NCBI GenBank assembly: GCA_963786955.1
Contig: CAWBAT010000005.1
Coordinates: 650,860-714,859, forward strand
DNA length: 64,000 bases
DNA from: an uncultured Acidimicrobiia bacterium
GTDB lineage: Bacteria > Acidobacteriota > Terriglobia > Versatilivoradales > Versatilivoraceae
Reading direction: 5' to 3'
In this document: positions 9,994 to 21,280 of the stretch, piece by piece
Layout: every line of letters begins with the position of its first letter
Numbering within the stretch: position 1 is the stretch's first letter
Program-made: the position numbers and the translations under genes
Notes under the pieces: generated by a model
What the model saw: only the letters and a program-made list of their open reading frames with translations
Told to the model about the DNA's origin: nothing
The model's database searches: none

Positions 9994-11215
9994 ATGACGC
10001 ATGGTCCATTTGCCTGCATAGAGCGCATCCTGCACTCGAGGAGAGGTGCAAGTATGAGAGTAGCTGCTGCCATACTGATTGGCCTGTTGGGGACGCTTTC
10101 GTCCCTGGGACAAACACCTCAGAAGGTGAAGCTTTCTGATTTCAAGCTCGCTTCGAGTTGCCAGCCCTGCCACGAGGAGATTTATGCTCAGTGGCAAACC
10201 TCGACCCATTCCAAGGCATTTGTCGATCCTTTATACCAAGCAGTTGTCCGTAAAGCCGTCGAGGAAAGCAAAGGGGGCTTAACCCAATTTTGTGTTTCCT
10301 GCCACGCACCCCTGGCGACCGTCACCAGTTCCATTCCACCCGATCTGTTTCAGAAAGAGCAGATAGACCCACGGATTGAGAACGGGGTAACCTGCGAGTT
10401 CTGCCACACGATCTCTGGTAACAGAAGTGAACCTTAACAAACTCAGTCTCGGGGCTTTCCTTTTCCCAAGAGCTATCCAAACGAAAATTCTTTACGGACG
10501 GCATGCGGATGCTACCAACGATGCGCATCCGACCCAACCCTCGCCGTTTCTTGTTGTCCCGGAATTATGCGGGACCTGCCATCGATTTGGACACCCCGTT
10601 TCAGGGATGCCGGTTCAAGACACCTATCAGGAATGGAAGCAAAGTCCCTATGCCGCAAAAGGGACCCGATGTCAGGATTGCCATATGCCCTCGTATCAGG
10701 GGAAAGTGTCTGAGTCAGGCAAAGAACGTTCTGAAATTCATGCCCACATTTTTAGGGGCGGACACACGGAAATGATACGACAGGCGGCCATCGTCAATAT
10801 CACGGCTAATCGAGACTACATCGAACCCCTAGATGCGTCGGTGGTAGTCACTAATGTCGGAGCCGGCCATATGATCCCGACCGGACTCCCTGCTGTCCGT
10901 GAGATGTGGTTAGAGGTTACAGTCCAGAGCCAAGGGAAAATCTTGAGTACTCAAAAGAGGGTTTTCGGCCTGGAAGTTCTCAATGCGGAAGGGAAGCCGG
11001 CTTTGCCGTGGGAAGCCACGAAGCTCGGGAAAGACACCCGGATTGCCCCTAAGAAATCCCGTTTAGAGAAGTTTCGATTCGAGGTTTCCGGTTCGGAAAA
11101 CATTCGCATTGAAGCCAAGCTCCAGGAACAATTATTGTCCGACCAGGCCGCCAAATTTGCTGGCATTCCGCCCACTCCGCCTCAATCGATGGCAGAAACA
11201 TCGATCTCCTGCCTC
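9994..11215 (+). CDS. periplasmic multiheme (>=5 CxxCH) c-type cytochrome; frame break near 10430; 3' end uncertain
   Basis: Signal peptide, then CQPCH, CVSCH, CEFCH, CGTCH and CQDCH across ORFs 9994-10437 and 10427-11356. The table ORF reads through into the start region of the next gene. Confidence 0.6.
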
Positions 11216-11216
11216 A

Positions 11217-12079
11217 ATGAGTTCAGCTCCGGGTACCGAGGAGAATTTCCCTCTCCAACAGTTCGCGATGCGGCTTTCTTTGGCCGTGGGCTTTTTCATG
11301 CTCGTGACCAAAACCTTCGCCTACTGGCTGACTGGGTCGGCCGCAATCCTCTCTGATGCTGCAGAATCCGTCGTCCATGTCGTTGCCGTTTCCTTTGCGG
11401 CTTACAGTCTTGGCTCAGTGTCAAACCGGCGGACCGCAGCCATCTGTACGGACATGATAAGATCAGTTTCTTCTCGGCGGGGTTTGAAGGGGCGATGATC
11501 ATCATCGCCGCTTTCTATATCATCTATGTTTCAATTGAAAAATGGATTTCAGGGCTGAGGCTGGAGCACCTTGGCACGGGAACGGGCCTGACCTTATCTG
11601 GCCTCTGATCAACGGCGGCTTAGGTCTTTATCTGGTCACCATTGGGAAGAAGAAACCACTCTCTAATTCTTGAGGCCAACGGGAAACATGTCCTCACGGA
11701 TTGCTGGACAAGTCTGGGCGTTGTCGTCGGCCTGTTCCTGGCCATGATCACGGGCTGGTTGGTTCTGGATCCGATTATCGCGATCCTGGTAGCTTTAAAT
11801 ATCCTGTGGACCGGCGGTCAATTAATCCGCCGATCCATCGGTGGTTTAATGGATGAGGTGGATCCGGAAACAGAGGCAAGAATCAAGAGCATGCTTGACC
11901 CGATTACCAAACCCAAGGCATCGAATACCATAGTCTGCGACACCGGAACACGGGAAGTACGCTCTGGATCGAACTGCATATGCTTTTCCCCAAAGGGATC
12001 CTGCTGGAAAACGCTCACGCGATCGCCACCCAGATTGAAAACCGTTTAAAGACAACCTTCCCACTAAGACCGAAGTAAC
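11217..12079 (+). CDS. cation diffusion facilitator (CDF) family metal efflux transporter; multiple frame breaks
   Basis: Fragments in three frames carry CDF signatures: LSLAVGFFMLVTKTFAYWLTGSAAILSDAAESVVHVV…, …HLYGHDKISF…, the TM region ILEANGKHVLTDCWTSLGVVVGLFLAMITGWLVLDPIIAILVALNILWTGGQLI, and a C-terminal cytoplasmic domain …KGILLENAHAIATQIENRLKTTFP. Confidence 0.6.
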
Positions 12080-12391
12080 CACCCATTTGGAAACCCTCGA
12101 AGACCATGCGGATATTCATACCGACCGGCACGACCAAGGAACGTGAGCACGAAATCGGAAGGTTAAGATGAGCGGTAAGAGAGTGACCTTTTAAAGTCAC
12201 AGGATCTGCACCTCCATCTCCCCACTCGATACGATGACCCGTAAAAATCGGATGACTCACGAATTGTCCAGCTGGAATTACAGATAAGTCCAATCATGTC
12301 CGAGACCTCCTCCTTGATCTTCAGACCGTCCATTTGTGCATCGACTATCATTTTGTGATCGTTTCATTTTACGAATGGCACTTCGCAGAAC

Positions 12392-12962
12392 ATGTCCTTC
12401 TCGAAAGAGCGCCCACAATCGCTGGGAGAGGAAATCGCAAACAGCATAAGCCACGGAGTTGGCCTGCTGGCAGCAACTCTCGCGATCCCAGTGCTCGTGA
12501 TTGGGGCTATCCGACGAGGAGGCATTGGCACCTTGATCGGCGCGAGTGTCTTCGGGGTCACCATGTTGCTACTGTACTCAGCCTCCACCCTTTACCACGC
12601 GTTGGCCCGTAACCGTGCCAAACGCGTGTTTCAGGTCCTCGACCACAGCGCGATTTACTCTATTAATCGCCGGCACCTACACTCCATTTGCTCTCGGTGT
12701 GCTCCGGGGTGCTTGGGGGTAGACGCTGCTCGTTCTGGTTTGGAGCCTGGCACTTACAGGTGTCATGTTGAAAGCTACGGGTAACATGCGGCATCCGATC
12801 TATTCGACCTCCCTTTACCTGGGATGGGCTGGCTTGTCATTGTCGCGTTCAAGCCCCTCTACATCCATGTGCCAGCATGGGGTCTGTTCTGGCTCTTGGC
12901 AGGTGGCATTGGATACACAGCGGGGATTGGATTTTTCGCGGCCGCGACGGCTTCGCTATAGC
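12392..12962 (+). CDS. hemolysin III / PAQR family membrane protein; frame breaks
   Basis: N-terminus EIANSISHGVGLLAATLAIPVLV…VFGVTMLLLYSASTLYHAL…RVFQVLDHSAIY is typical of the family. The C-terminal TM helices continue in other frames (TYTPFALGVLRGAWG…, …LVWSLALTGVMLKATG…). Confidence 0.6.
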
Positions 12963-13404
12963 CACTTCATTTGGCACCTTTTCGTCATGGCAGGTACAGC
13001 CTGTCATTTCATCGCAGTCTTGCGGTTTGCATTCTGACAGCAGAGAGCATTTGCGGGCTTGGAAAAATCAAATCACTGTACTGAAGTCAGATTTGAAAGA
13101 ACCGACCAACCCCTTTCTAATCCCCTCCAAAGGGCGGAGTGTCGAGAGCTTCTGGCAAAGGATAAATCCGGCCAAGGAGACAATTCCCAGCTTTCACCCC
13201 CTCTCTCATATCGCTTTTGTCTTGAAAAAGACTCCTTCCTTGCGTATTCTTTGGCATGCCAATGGCTTTTGCAGTCTCCGCGCAGGCCACGAGGGACCCC
13301 GAGGGGATGTCCCTTCTTGAAATTGTCACTCCCCGCTCGAAATTTGCTTATCTTCTTGAAGAGTTCAGTCGTTTCGGGAAAATCGGACTCCAGGTGATTC
13401 CATT

Positions 13405-15873
13405 TTGAGTCGTCAAAGTCCACTCTCAAAACCTGACAACATGGATCCTAATCTGGTCTTTGTACGTGTTGAAGGTGATGTTTTGTCTCTGCGCCCATTC
13501 CGCATACTGGCTCACTATGCGCGGAATGCTCAGGCCTTTACAGAGCGGGCCTTCCGACTCCCTGCCGTCGACTCTCATGACTCTCCTGCGGCCGGCCTTA
13601 TCCGTTGAAAATCCTGTTCTGGGGACTCGACTGCTCTATCTGCCACTTCGCGGAATGAGCCGCGACAGACTCGATCTTCTGGGCGAAGAATATTTCAACT
13701 ATGTTTTGTCTTCCCGATTAAGAAAGGAAGGGATTCGCCATATCGAAGAATTGCACGCGATGGGCAAAGAAGATCGTATTCGTGAGCGATCAATTGGATC
13801 ATCTCATCCGACCTCTGGCACTCCACCTTAAAGCCCATTTTCTCGCTACGAATCGCCTCGAATTTCGGGATGATCTGGCAACAGGGAGGCTTCTTGAACC
13901 TGTCATCCCCGCTTTGGGGGTCACCGCCGGTTTAACCTCGACGGAACGGAAAGAGTCCACCGGCTGGAAGGCCTTCGAAAAGGAGGTGGGGCCCCAAGAA
14001 TTCTCGACGGTGAATCCTCTTTCGATTCTCCCCGTGCACCGCCGAATCCGGGCGATCCATCATCCTATGGTCCAGTTCGCAAGACGGGATTCCACACTGA
14101 AGCCGTTGTCGGTCCGTGGAAGTTTATCCGGCAAAAAGATTCTTTTAATCGGCTGCACCGGATTCATCGGGAAGGTATGGCTGACCATGCTGCTGAAGGA
14201 TTTACCCGAAATCGGCCGCGTCTTCTTGCTGATCCGGCGTCATGGAAAACGGTCGGCACTGCAACGATTTGAAAAAATTGTTGCACGAGTCTCCGACCTT
14301 CAAACCCTTTCATGAATCCTATGGCAATCAGCTGGGTGAGTTTCTCGCTGAACGGATTGAGGTTATCGAGGGAGACGTTTCAGAGCCCCACCTAGGCCTT
14401 AACCCACAAACCGCTCGGCGCCTGTATGGCGAGCTCGATCTCATTGTCAATTCAGCAGGTTTGACAGATTTCAATCCGGACCTCCGGCTGGCCCTTTCGA
14501 CCAATGCGGACAGCGTGTTGCACCTGATCGAGTTTCTCAACAATTCGCAGAAGGCAGGGCTAGTCCATATTTCCACGTGTTTTGTTAACGGTCGCACCGA
14601 CGGCCGGGTCCCTGAAGAATTGCGGCGCAATTACACACCGAAAGGCAGAGTTGAATTTGACGCCATCTCAGAATGGAAGTTTCTGCACCAGGAAATCAAA
14701 CGGGTCGAAGAAGAATCTGAAAGCCCTTCACTCAACGAACAATTCCGAACCCAGGTGGTTTCCCGTTGGAAGGATGGGGAAGAAGCAGGTCCCGGACAGA
14801 AAGGTATTCAGAACCGGATCCGCAATTTGCGGACTCGCTGGGTGCGTGATCAGTTGATCGAAATGGGAGTGCAACGAGCTCAATATTGGGGATGGCCTAA
14901 CATCTATACCTTTACCAAGAGCCTTGGAGAATCCCTCCTGGAAAACAAAGGAGCCAGGCTCCCCTTCAGTATCGCACGGCCCTCCATAGTGGAATCCTCG
15001 GTTTTTCAGCCGTTTCGAGGCTGGAATGAGGGAGTGAATACGACAGCCCCGCTTTCCTATCTGCTCGGCACCTATTTTCGTCAGCTTCCGTCCAACAAGC
15101 GAAAGCGGCTCGATGTCATACCGGTCGACTTGGTCTGCAGAGGGATAACCCTGATTGCCGCCGCGCTAGTGCAACGAGGTCATGAAAAAGTTTATCAGCT
15201 TGCAACCTCTGCGACGAACCCGGCGAACATGCGACGGACGATTGAGTTGACCGCGTTAGCCCATCGTAAGCATTATCGTTCTTTGGAGGGGCTAGAACAT
15301 TGGCTTCGGGCCCGGTTCGACGCGATTGCCGTTTCGAAAACCCGCTACAAATACGTGTCCCTGCCAAGATTAAAAGGATTGCTACAAAGCGCTGAGAGCG
15401 TCCTTTCGCTCTTGCCATTCAAAGGGGACACTCTGGTGCGAAAGCAAAGGGCCCTGGACCGAGTGCAAAAAGTCATCGGACTTTACGAGCCTTTCATCTT
15501 GGATAATGACTACTTCTTTGCCGCCGATCATATCAAGGCGCTGGCCGAGTCGCTGCCGGATGAGGAGGCTCAAACGTTTGGTTACGATGTCTCTTCGATC
15601 GATTGGTATGACTACTGGATCGATCTCCATGTCCCGGCCTTGAGACGATGGACTTATCCTTTAATCGAAGGGCGTCGCCCGGAAACAGGCTTGTTACCGC
15701 GAAATTTCAAGCTCCCGGTAAAAGAAGAAGGTCATACTTCCGAGCTTTCGGAATCACTCGACCCAGCCTCAGCTAAGCCAGCAACTTCTTTGCTTCCATC
15801 CGAAAATTTGGGCAATGCTGCCGGGGCACCGGCAGGAGATAATTTTCAGGTGGCTGACCAGGATGGTAATTGA
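13405..15873 (+). CDS. HAD-IB-like hydrolase domain apparently fused in frame to a fatty acyl-CoA/ACP reductase (NAD_binding_4 / male-sterility domain); about 3 frame breaks
   Basis: N-terminal part resembles HAD-IB (…EDRI[V]FVSDQLDHLIRPLALHLKAHFLATNRLEFRDDLATGRLLEPV). In-frame continuation with no stop leads to a Rossmann motif KKILLIGCTGFIGKV. ORF 14242-15873 holds the reductase core (…DLIVNSAGLTDFNPDLRLALSTNADSVLHLIEF…HISTCFVNGR…) and a FAR C-terminal domain. Confidence 0.55.
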
Positions 15874-17019
15874 GCATAACTATGGCTACTTTTGTTACAG
15901 GCTCAACAGGATATCTTGGGGCCCATGTTGCTTCGGAGCTGCTCTCAAAACATAACTCTAAGTTAAGCCTCCTGGTGCGAGCCAAAGATCACCGGGGGGC
16001 TGAGTTGAAACTTTGGAAGGCCATGCAATTACACCTCGGATTTTCCGAGTTTGTCCATTGGCTAGAAACAAACATCGAAATCTTTCTTGGCGACATTACT
16101 CTCCCCCGCTTTCGGGTTAGATGAAGAACAGTACGTCCAGCTGCTCAAGAAGACTGATTCGGTCCTTCATATCGCGGCATCGCTAAATCGTCGCTCCGAG
16201 AAATCCTGCCTGAACGTAAATCTTCGCGGCACGCTGGAAGTGCTTCAGTTCGCCCGGAGAGTTAGTTCCTATCATGGCCTTCGGCGTTTCAGCCACGTGA
16301 GCACAGTCGCCGTCGCGGGAGCACGAAGCAACGAAGTTGTCAAAGAGGACGAATCCATTGATTGGAACCGGTCGGATTTTGACCCGTATGCGAGAACCAA
16401 GAAGTTCAGCGAGCTGATGATTCGGGAATTGCTTCCTGATATCCCCTTGACCATCTTCCGTCCTAGCATTGTTTTGGGGGATAGCCGCTATGGCGCGACA
16501 ACCCAATTCGACATGGTGGAGGCATTCGTCTTCTTAGCGAAATTAGGGTTGCTTCCACTGCGACCTCACGATCGTTTGGACATCGTGAACGTCGATTTTG
16601 TCGCCAATTCCATTGTCTCTCTCCATCAAAAGGAGAAAACCTTATACGATACCTACCATTTATCTTCTGGCGTTCATTCCCCTACCTGCCGGCAGATTAC
16701 TGAGGCGCTCAGCGCCGCTCGACAGAGGAAGGGGCCCTTCTACCTGCCATCTCTCGCAAATCCTTTTAAGGGAATCGTGAACTGGATGGCAAATCGTCGT
16801 GGAACTTCTGTGGGGCACCTGGGATCATTACTCAAGGTTTTCTTACCTTATCTCTTATGGAACACCGTATTCGACAATCAACGAGCGGTTCAAGAAGTCG
16901 GCCAGCATCCTGTACCTTTTCCTGAGTACTGCTACCCTTTGTACAATTTCTCGGTCAAGCACAATTTTGCTTATCCTTACCAGGACTGGCCGGCGCTTGA
17001 AGGGAGTTCCACCGCATGA
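15870..17019 (+). CDS. SDR-family thioester reductase / NAD-dependent epimerase-like (second acyl reductase); one frame break near 16090-16124
   Basis: [11 protein letters not shown] Rossmann motif, then …[28 protein letters not shown]…[10 protein letters not shown]…[12 protein letters not shown] (YxxxK), which is a TE-reductase pattern. ATGA start overlaps the upstream gene. Confidence 0.6.
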
Positions 17020-18425
17020 TGGATCCATTGCTGGAGCTTTGGGTTGCGGGACTGGTAGAGCTGGCAAAGACCCGATGGATCCTGGGCTTCGGTCAGGCTT
17101 GGACCCCAGGCTCTCCTCTCCGACTCCTCTTTGCAGGATACAATGGAAACCGTAACACCGGCGCCGATGTCCGGGTCGAGGAAATGATCCGTCAAATTCG
17201 CCGAGTTCTGGGGGATGAGCATATTGACCTCAGTGTTCTCTCGCATAACCTAGAACTTTCGAAAGGTTATTTCCCCACCGTCCAACAGGTTAAGCTTCCG
17301 GATGTGTTTCCGCCCTTCTTATTTCGAGAAATACCCCGCTATCACGGCGTCATCACCTGTGAGGGATCGATGTTTAAGAGCAAGTTTGCCAATGCCCTAA
17401 CGACGATGATGATCGGGGCCCTGGGCATTGCCACGGCCGAAAATAAAGTCTCGATCGGGTACGGCGCAGAAGCCGGATCGATGGATCGCCTGCTGCAGAG
17501 CATGTGTCGCCGCTATTGCGCCAGTTCGCTGGTTGTGACACGCAACGAAGAGTCTCAAAAAGTGTTGGGAGATTTAGGAATCCAAACGGAATTGGGAACG
17601 GATACGGCGTGGACATTTGAACCGCACGGGTTAGATTATGGGAGAAAAGTTTTACTCGATGCCGGCTGGGACGGTCGTACCCCCATCTTGGGTTTGTGTC
17701 CGATCAATCCTTTCTGGTGGCCGGTAAAACCATCAATTCTGAAACTGCTGATGAATAAGTCGGCAGGCTTTTATCGGGATAGCCATTATCGCTCGATTTA
17801 TTTCCATAACGATGGAAAAGAAGTCAACGCAGCCTTCTTCCGTTATCTTGAAGCATTCGTCGCTGGGATCCAAGAGTTTCGAAAAGAGCACGCCGTCTTC
17901 CCCGTATTGATCGGGATGGAGGCATTAGATCGCCGTGCTTGCGAAATCATGGGACAGAAGCTTGATCGAGTCCCTCTATTCATTTCAGATCAATATGACA
18001 TGTACCAATTGGTCAGTATTCTGCGCAATTGCCACCTTTTGCTCTCTTCCCGTTATCACGGTATCGTGACATGCATGCCCACACTGGTTGCATCAGCCGG
18101 AGTGACCATGGATGAGCGTATTCGCAACCTCATGCGTGAAAGAGGTCACACGGATCTGTTACTGGAGGTAGATGATCCGGACCTTTCATCAAAACTGGTG
18201 ATCGTGTTGCGAAGACTCATCAAGAATTCTGAAGAAATCCGACAGGGGATTGGAAAAACCGTGGTCAGGAATCTGAAGATGATGTCGAGGATGGGTATTT
18301 ATCTTCAGCAAAACGTCCAAGAACGATATCCGGAATTCCCCGTCCGGACAGGACACTATTCCTGGGAAGACTATCTGCCATCCTTGAGCCCAACTCTGCA
18401 GAAACTGATAGAAGAGTTTGAGTAA
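17016..18425 (+). CDS. polysaccharide pyruvyl transferase family-like protein (function uncertain)
   Basis: 469 aa. N-terminal [16 protein letters not shown] and C-terminal …[30 protein letters not shown] resemble PS_pyruv_trans (CsaB-like) motifs. Start overlaps the preceding stop (ATGA). Confidence 0.4.
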   Translation: MMDPLLELWVAGLVELAKTRWILGFGQAWTPGSPLRLLFAGYNGNRNTGADVRVEEMIRQIRRVLGDEHIDLSVLSHNLELSKGYFPTVQQVKLPDVFPPFLFREIPRYHGVITCEGSMFKSKFANALTTMMIGALGIATAENKVSIGYGAEAGSMDRLLQSMCRRYCASSLVVTRNEESQKVLGDLGIQTELGTDTAWTFEPHGLDYGRKVLLDAGWDGRTPILGLCPINPFWWPVKPSILKLLMNKSAGFYRDSHYRSIYFHNDGKEVNAAFFRYLEAFVAGIQEFRKEHAVFPVLIGMEALDRRACEIMGQKLDRVPLFISDQYDMYQLVSILRNCHLLLSSRYHGIVTCMPTLVASAGVTMDERIRNLMRERGHTDLLLEVDDPDLSSKLVIVLRRLIKNSEEIRQGIGKTVVRNLKMMSRMGIYLQQNVQERYPEFPVRTGHYSWEDYLPSLSPTLQKLIEEFE

Positions 18426-18790
18426 AGAACTGGCGTGAGCTGTAGCTGCGGTCCTCGAGCATCAGATAACTGACAAAGTCATGGGATCCGGCAGCCATAA
18501 ACTGTCGCCTCCGTCGGTTTATCCCGAATTCCGAAGTTGGGCGAGGGGGATTTCTATCTATTTACTGATTTACATGAGACTTGCAAGACGCTCAGGAAAG
18601 GGAAAATGTATACTGATGGCCTGCGGATTCAGGTGGAACGCGCGCTCCGCCGCGCGTTCATTGAGCGTGCCCGGGGGGACAGCGGTCCCACGCGCACGCT
18701 CCACCTTGCGACGCTCACGCACTTTCGGAATTCGAGTTTATCCGAGCTTGAAAGGAACGATTAAAGATTGCAACAGGCAAAGACGCAGCG

Positions 18791-20494
18791 ATGAATTTCT
18801 TAGAGACTATTTTCGAGAACCTGTCCAGCGCTCCACAGAAGCCAATCTTGCAGGAAATACGCCGAGGCCACCTCGTTTCGTGCACGGGTGAAGAGTTGCT
18901 GGGCTACATTCAGCAGGCTCGCTACGCCTTGAGGGAAGCCGGATTACACGCAGGCGACCGATGTGCATTATTGGCACCCAATAGCATTCAGTGGGTTGCC
19001 GTTGATCTGGCCATCATGGCGGAGGGAGGAATCGTTGTTCCTCTCTATTCGAGGCAGTCCCCTTCCGAACTGGTTCAGATGATGAAAGATTCTTCTCCGC
19101 GTTTCCTTTGTTGCGCGAACGTGGAACTGCGAGACGCCATCTCTGCAGTCTGGGCCGAGGTCCCTGCCACTCTCTTGTTTGAAAAAATTTTCTCAACCGT
19201 TCTTTCCCCCTCCACTCCGGATCTAAAGAAAGACTCAACTGCTGAGACAAAATACCTGGCTGGCTTGACTGATTCGTCATGGGTAACGATCATCTATACT
19301 TCGGGAACTTCGGGAGATTCGAAGGGAGTTGTTCTGACGGCAGGAAACATCACGTTCATGCTGCAGCGCACCACGGGGCGACTTGTTGAACTCATGCAAA
19401 ACGTCAAGAAGAGTAGTGATGACCGGGTCTTTCATTACCTTCCTTTCTGTTTTGCAGGATCCTGGATTCTTTTACTCTCAAACCTCTACCGAAACAACGC
19501 TCTGATCCTTTCCACGGATCTCAACAAGCTGACTGAAGAACTTCAGATCGCCCAACCCCACTATTTTTTAAATGTTCCTGCGCTGTTAGAACGGATACGC
19601 AACGGCATACAAGATCAGCTTCGCAAGAGAGGGAAAGTGGTCCACCGTTTATTTGCGAGAGCACAAAAGGCCTGGCTCGCTCAGAACCACGGCGAGGCTG
19701 GAATCGTAGATTCGCTCGGACTCTCACTCACACGGTTCCTGATTTTTCCCAAAATCAAACAAACGATCAGCCCAAACCTTCGAGCACTAATCTGTGGCTC
19801 TGCTTCCCTCTCTGAAGAGACTCAACTCTTTTTCCAGATGATCGGTATTCCTGTTTTACAGGTTTATGGGCTCACAGAAACCACGGGAATCTGTACGATG
19901 GACGATGTTCATGAAGTCAGCGCAGGGCGAGTCGGCCCCGCCATTCCCGGGATTGAAATGAAGCTGGGCGCAAATGATGAGATTCTCGTACGGGGTCCCA
20001 ACGTGTTTCCCGGCTATTGGAACCGACCTGAAGCAACCGCCGAAGTGATCAAAGATGGATGGTTTCATACAGGGGATCAGGGTGAGGTTGATGGGAACGG
20101 AAATTGGAAGATTGTTGGACGATTGAAAAATTTGATCATTCCGACTTCAGGTCACAATGTCAGCCCGGAACCTCTTGAACAAAAACTGCTCAGCTTCCTC
20201 CCGGAGGCCGAATATGCGATGGTCTGCGGGAACGGCCGGAAGTTTCTTTTGGCCATCATCAGTGGGAATGCAACGAGGGAAAGAGTTGAGGTAGCCCTTC
20301 AAGCCCTCAATCAAGAATTGCCGCATTACAAGCAAGTTCGGAAATTCTACCTGACCCCAGAACCTTTTAGCGCCGAAAACGGACTGTTGACCACGAACCG
20401 AAAGATCAAACGCGCAGCCATCGAATCACTCTACAGGAGCGCCATCGAAGAGCTATACCGGGATCCGGCAACACAGGTTAAGGACCGGCCCTAA
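18791..20494 (+). CDS. long-chain fatty-acid--CoA ligase (AMP-dependent synthetase/ligase)
   Basis: 567 aa with the AMP-binding motif IIYTSGTSGDSKGV, plus …YGLTETTG… and …GWFHTGDQGEVDGNGNWKIVGRLKN…. Confidence 0.85.
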   Translation: MNFLETIFENLSSAPQKPILQEIRRGHLVSCTGEELLGYIQQARYALREAGLHAGDRCALLAPNSIQWVAVDLAIMAEGGIVVPLYSRQSPSELVQMMKDSSPRFLCCANVELRDAISAVWAEVPATLLFEKIFSTVLSPSTPDLKKDSTAETKYLAGLTDSSWVTIIYTSGTSGDSKGVVLTAGNITFMLQRTTGRLVELMQNVKKSSDDRVFHYLPFCFAGSWILLLSNLYRNNALILSTDLNKLTEELQIAQPHYFLNVPALLERIRNGIQDQLRKRGKVVHRLFARAQKAWLAQNHGEAGIVDSLGLSLTRFLIFPKIKQTISPNLRALICGSASLSEETQLFFQMIGIPVLQVYGLTETTGICTMDDVHEVSAGRVGPAIPGIEMKLGANDEILVRGPNVFPGYWNRPEATAEVIKDGWFHTGDQGEVDGNGNWKIVGRLKNLIIPTSGHNVSPEPLEQKLLSFLPEAEYAMVCGNGRKFLLAIISGNATRERVEVALQALNQELPHYKQVRKFYLTPEPFSAENGLLTTNRKIKRAAIESLYRSAIEELYRDPATQVKDRP

Positions 20495-20499
20495 AGCCC

Positions 20500-21180
20500 A
20501 TGATTCCATTGCCCCTAGCCAGAAGACTTGTTCGAGCATTGATGACCTGGGTGGTTTTGATGGCACTGATGCTTTCAGCCTGGGGATGGAATCGGCTCGC
20601 CGGATTCGGGGCGGAATGGCCAAGACTCCTCTTGCCTTTTGTATGGCTCATTTTCTCACTTTACGGAGCGTGGAGGGACACGCAAACCAGCAGTTCGGAG
20701 GGGAAGAATGAGGTGCGCAACCACCGGCGAATGCTCCTGTTTTTTCTACCGGTCTTTGTCTTGTGGTTTTTCTACCTTCCTTATTCGGATCAAAGAGATG
20801 GCCCCGCCTTTTCTTCCACTCCCTTACGCTGGGTTGGGCTGGTTTTTTTTGCAATCGCTCTGTTGCTCCGGATTGAAGCAATCCGAGCGCAAGGCAAGCA
20901 ATTCAGTTATGCTGTGACGATTCAAGACGGCCACCAACTGGCACTTCAAGGCCCGTACCGATGGATCCGTCACCCGGCTTACCTGGGAGTTATCGGGATG
21001 TTTTGCGGACTCTCTTGGGTATTCGCAAGATTTGAGCTGGGGCTCCTGATGGCACTTTTGGTATGGTTGTGGATGGAATCGCGCATCCGGGATGAAGAGA
21101 AATTGTTGCTTGAGGAATTTGGAAGAGATTACGCTCATTATCGCCAGAAAACGGCAAAGCTTGTACCCTTTGTCTACTGA
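20500..21180 (+). CDS. isoprenylcysteine carboxyl methyltransferase / phospholipid methyltransferase family membrane protein
   Basis: 226 aa, multi-TM. C-terminal signature …GPYRWIRHPAYLGVIGMFCGLSWVF…EEKLLLEEFGRDYAHYRQKTAKLVP is the ICMT/PEMT family motif. Starts 6 nt after the ligase stop. Confidence 0.7.
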   Translation: MIPLPLARRLVRALMTWVVLMALMLSAWGWNRLAGFGAEWPRLLLPFVWLIFSLYGAWRDTQTSSSEGKNEVRNHRRMLLFFLPVFVLWFFYLPYSDQRDGPAFSSTPLRWVGLVFFAIALLLRIEAIRAQGKQFSYAVTIQDGHQLALQGPYRWIRHPAYLGVIGMFCGLSWVFARFELGLLMALLVWLWMESRIRDEEKLLLEEFGRDYAHYRQKTAKLVPFVY

Positions 21181-21280
21181 CGGGTAGTAGAATTCCTAGG
21201 ACTAAGCATTTCGAGAAAGTCGGGTCAGGATTTTGCCCCAACAGGCGTCAACAAAAATCTTGGGATAGAAATCACACTCA

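Noticed and set aside
12015-12351. Minus-strand ORFs 12015-12293 and 12163-12351 after the CDF gene
   Set aside because: They overlap the CDF C-terminal domain (which is clearly coding on plus) and have no motifs. Likely non-coding.
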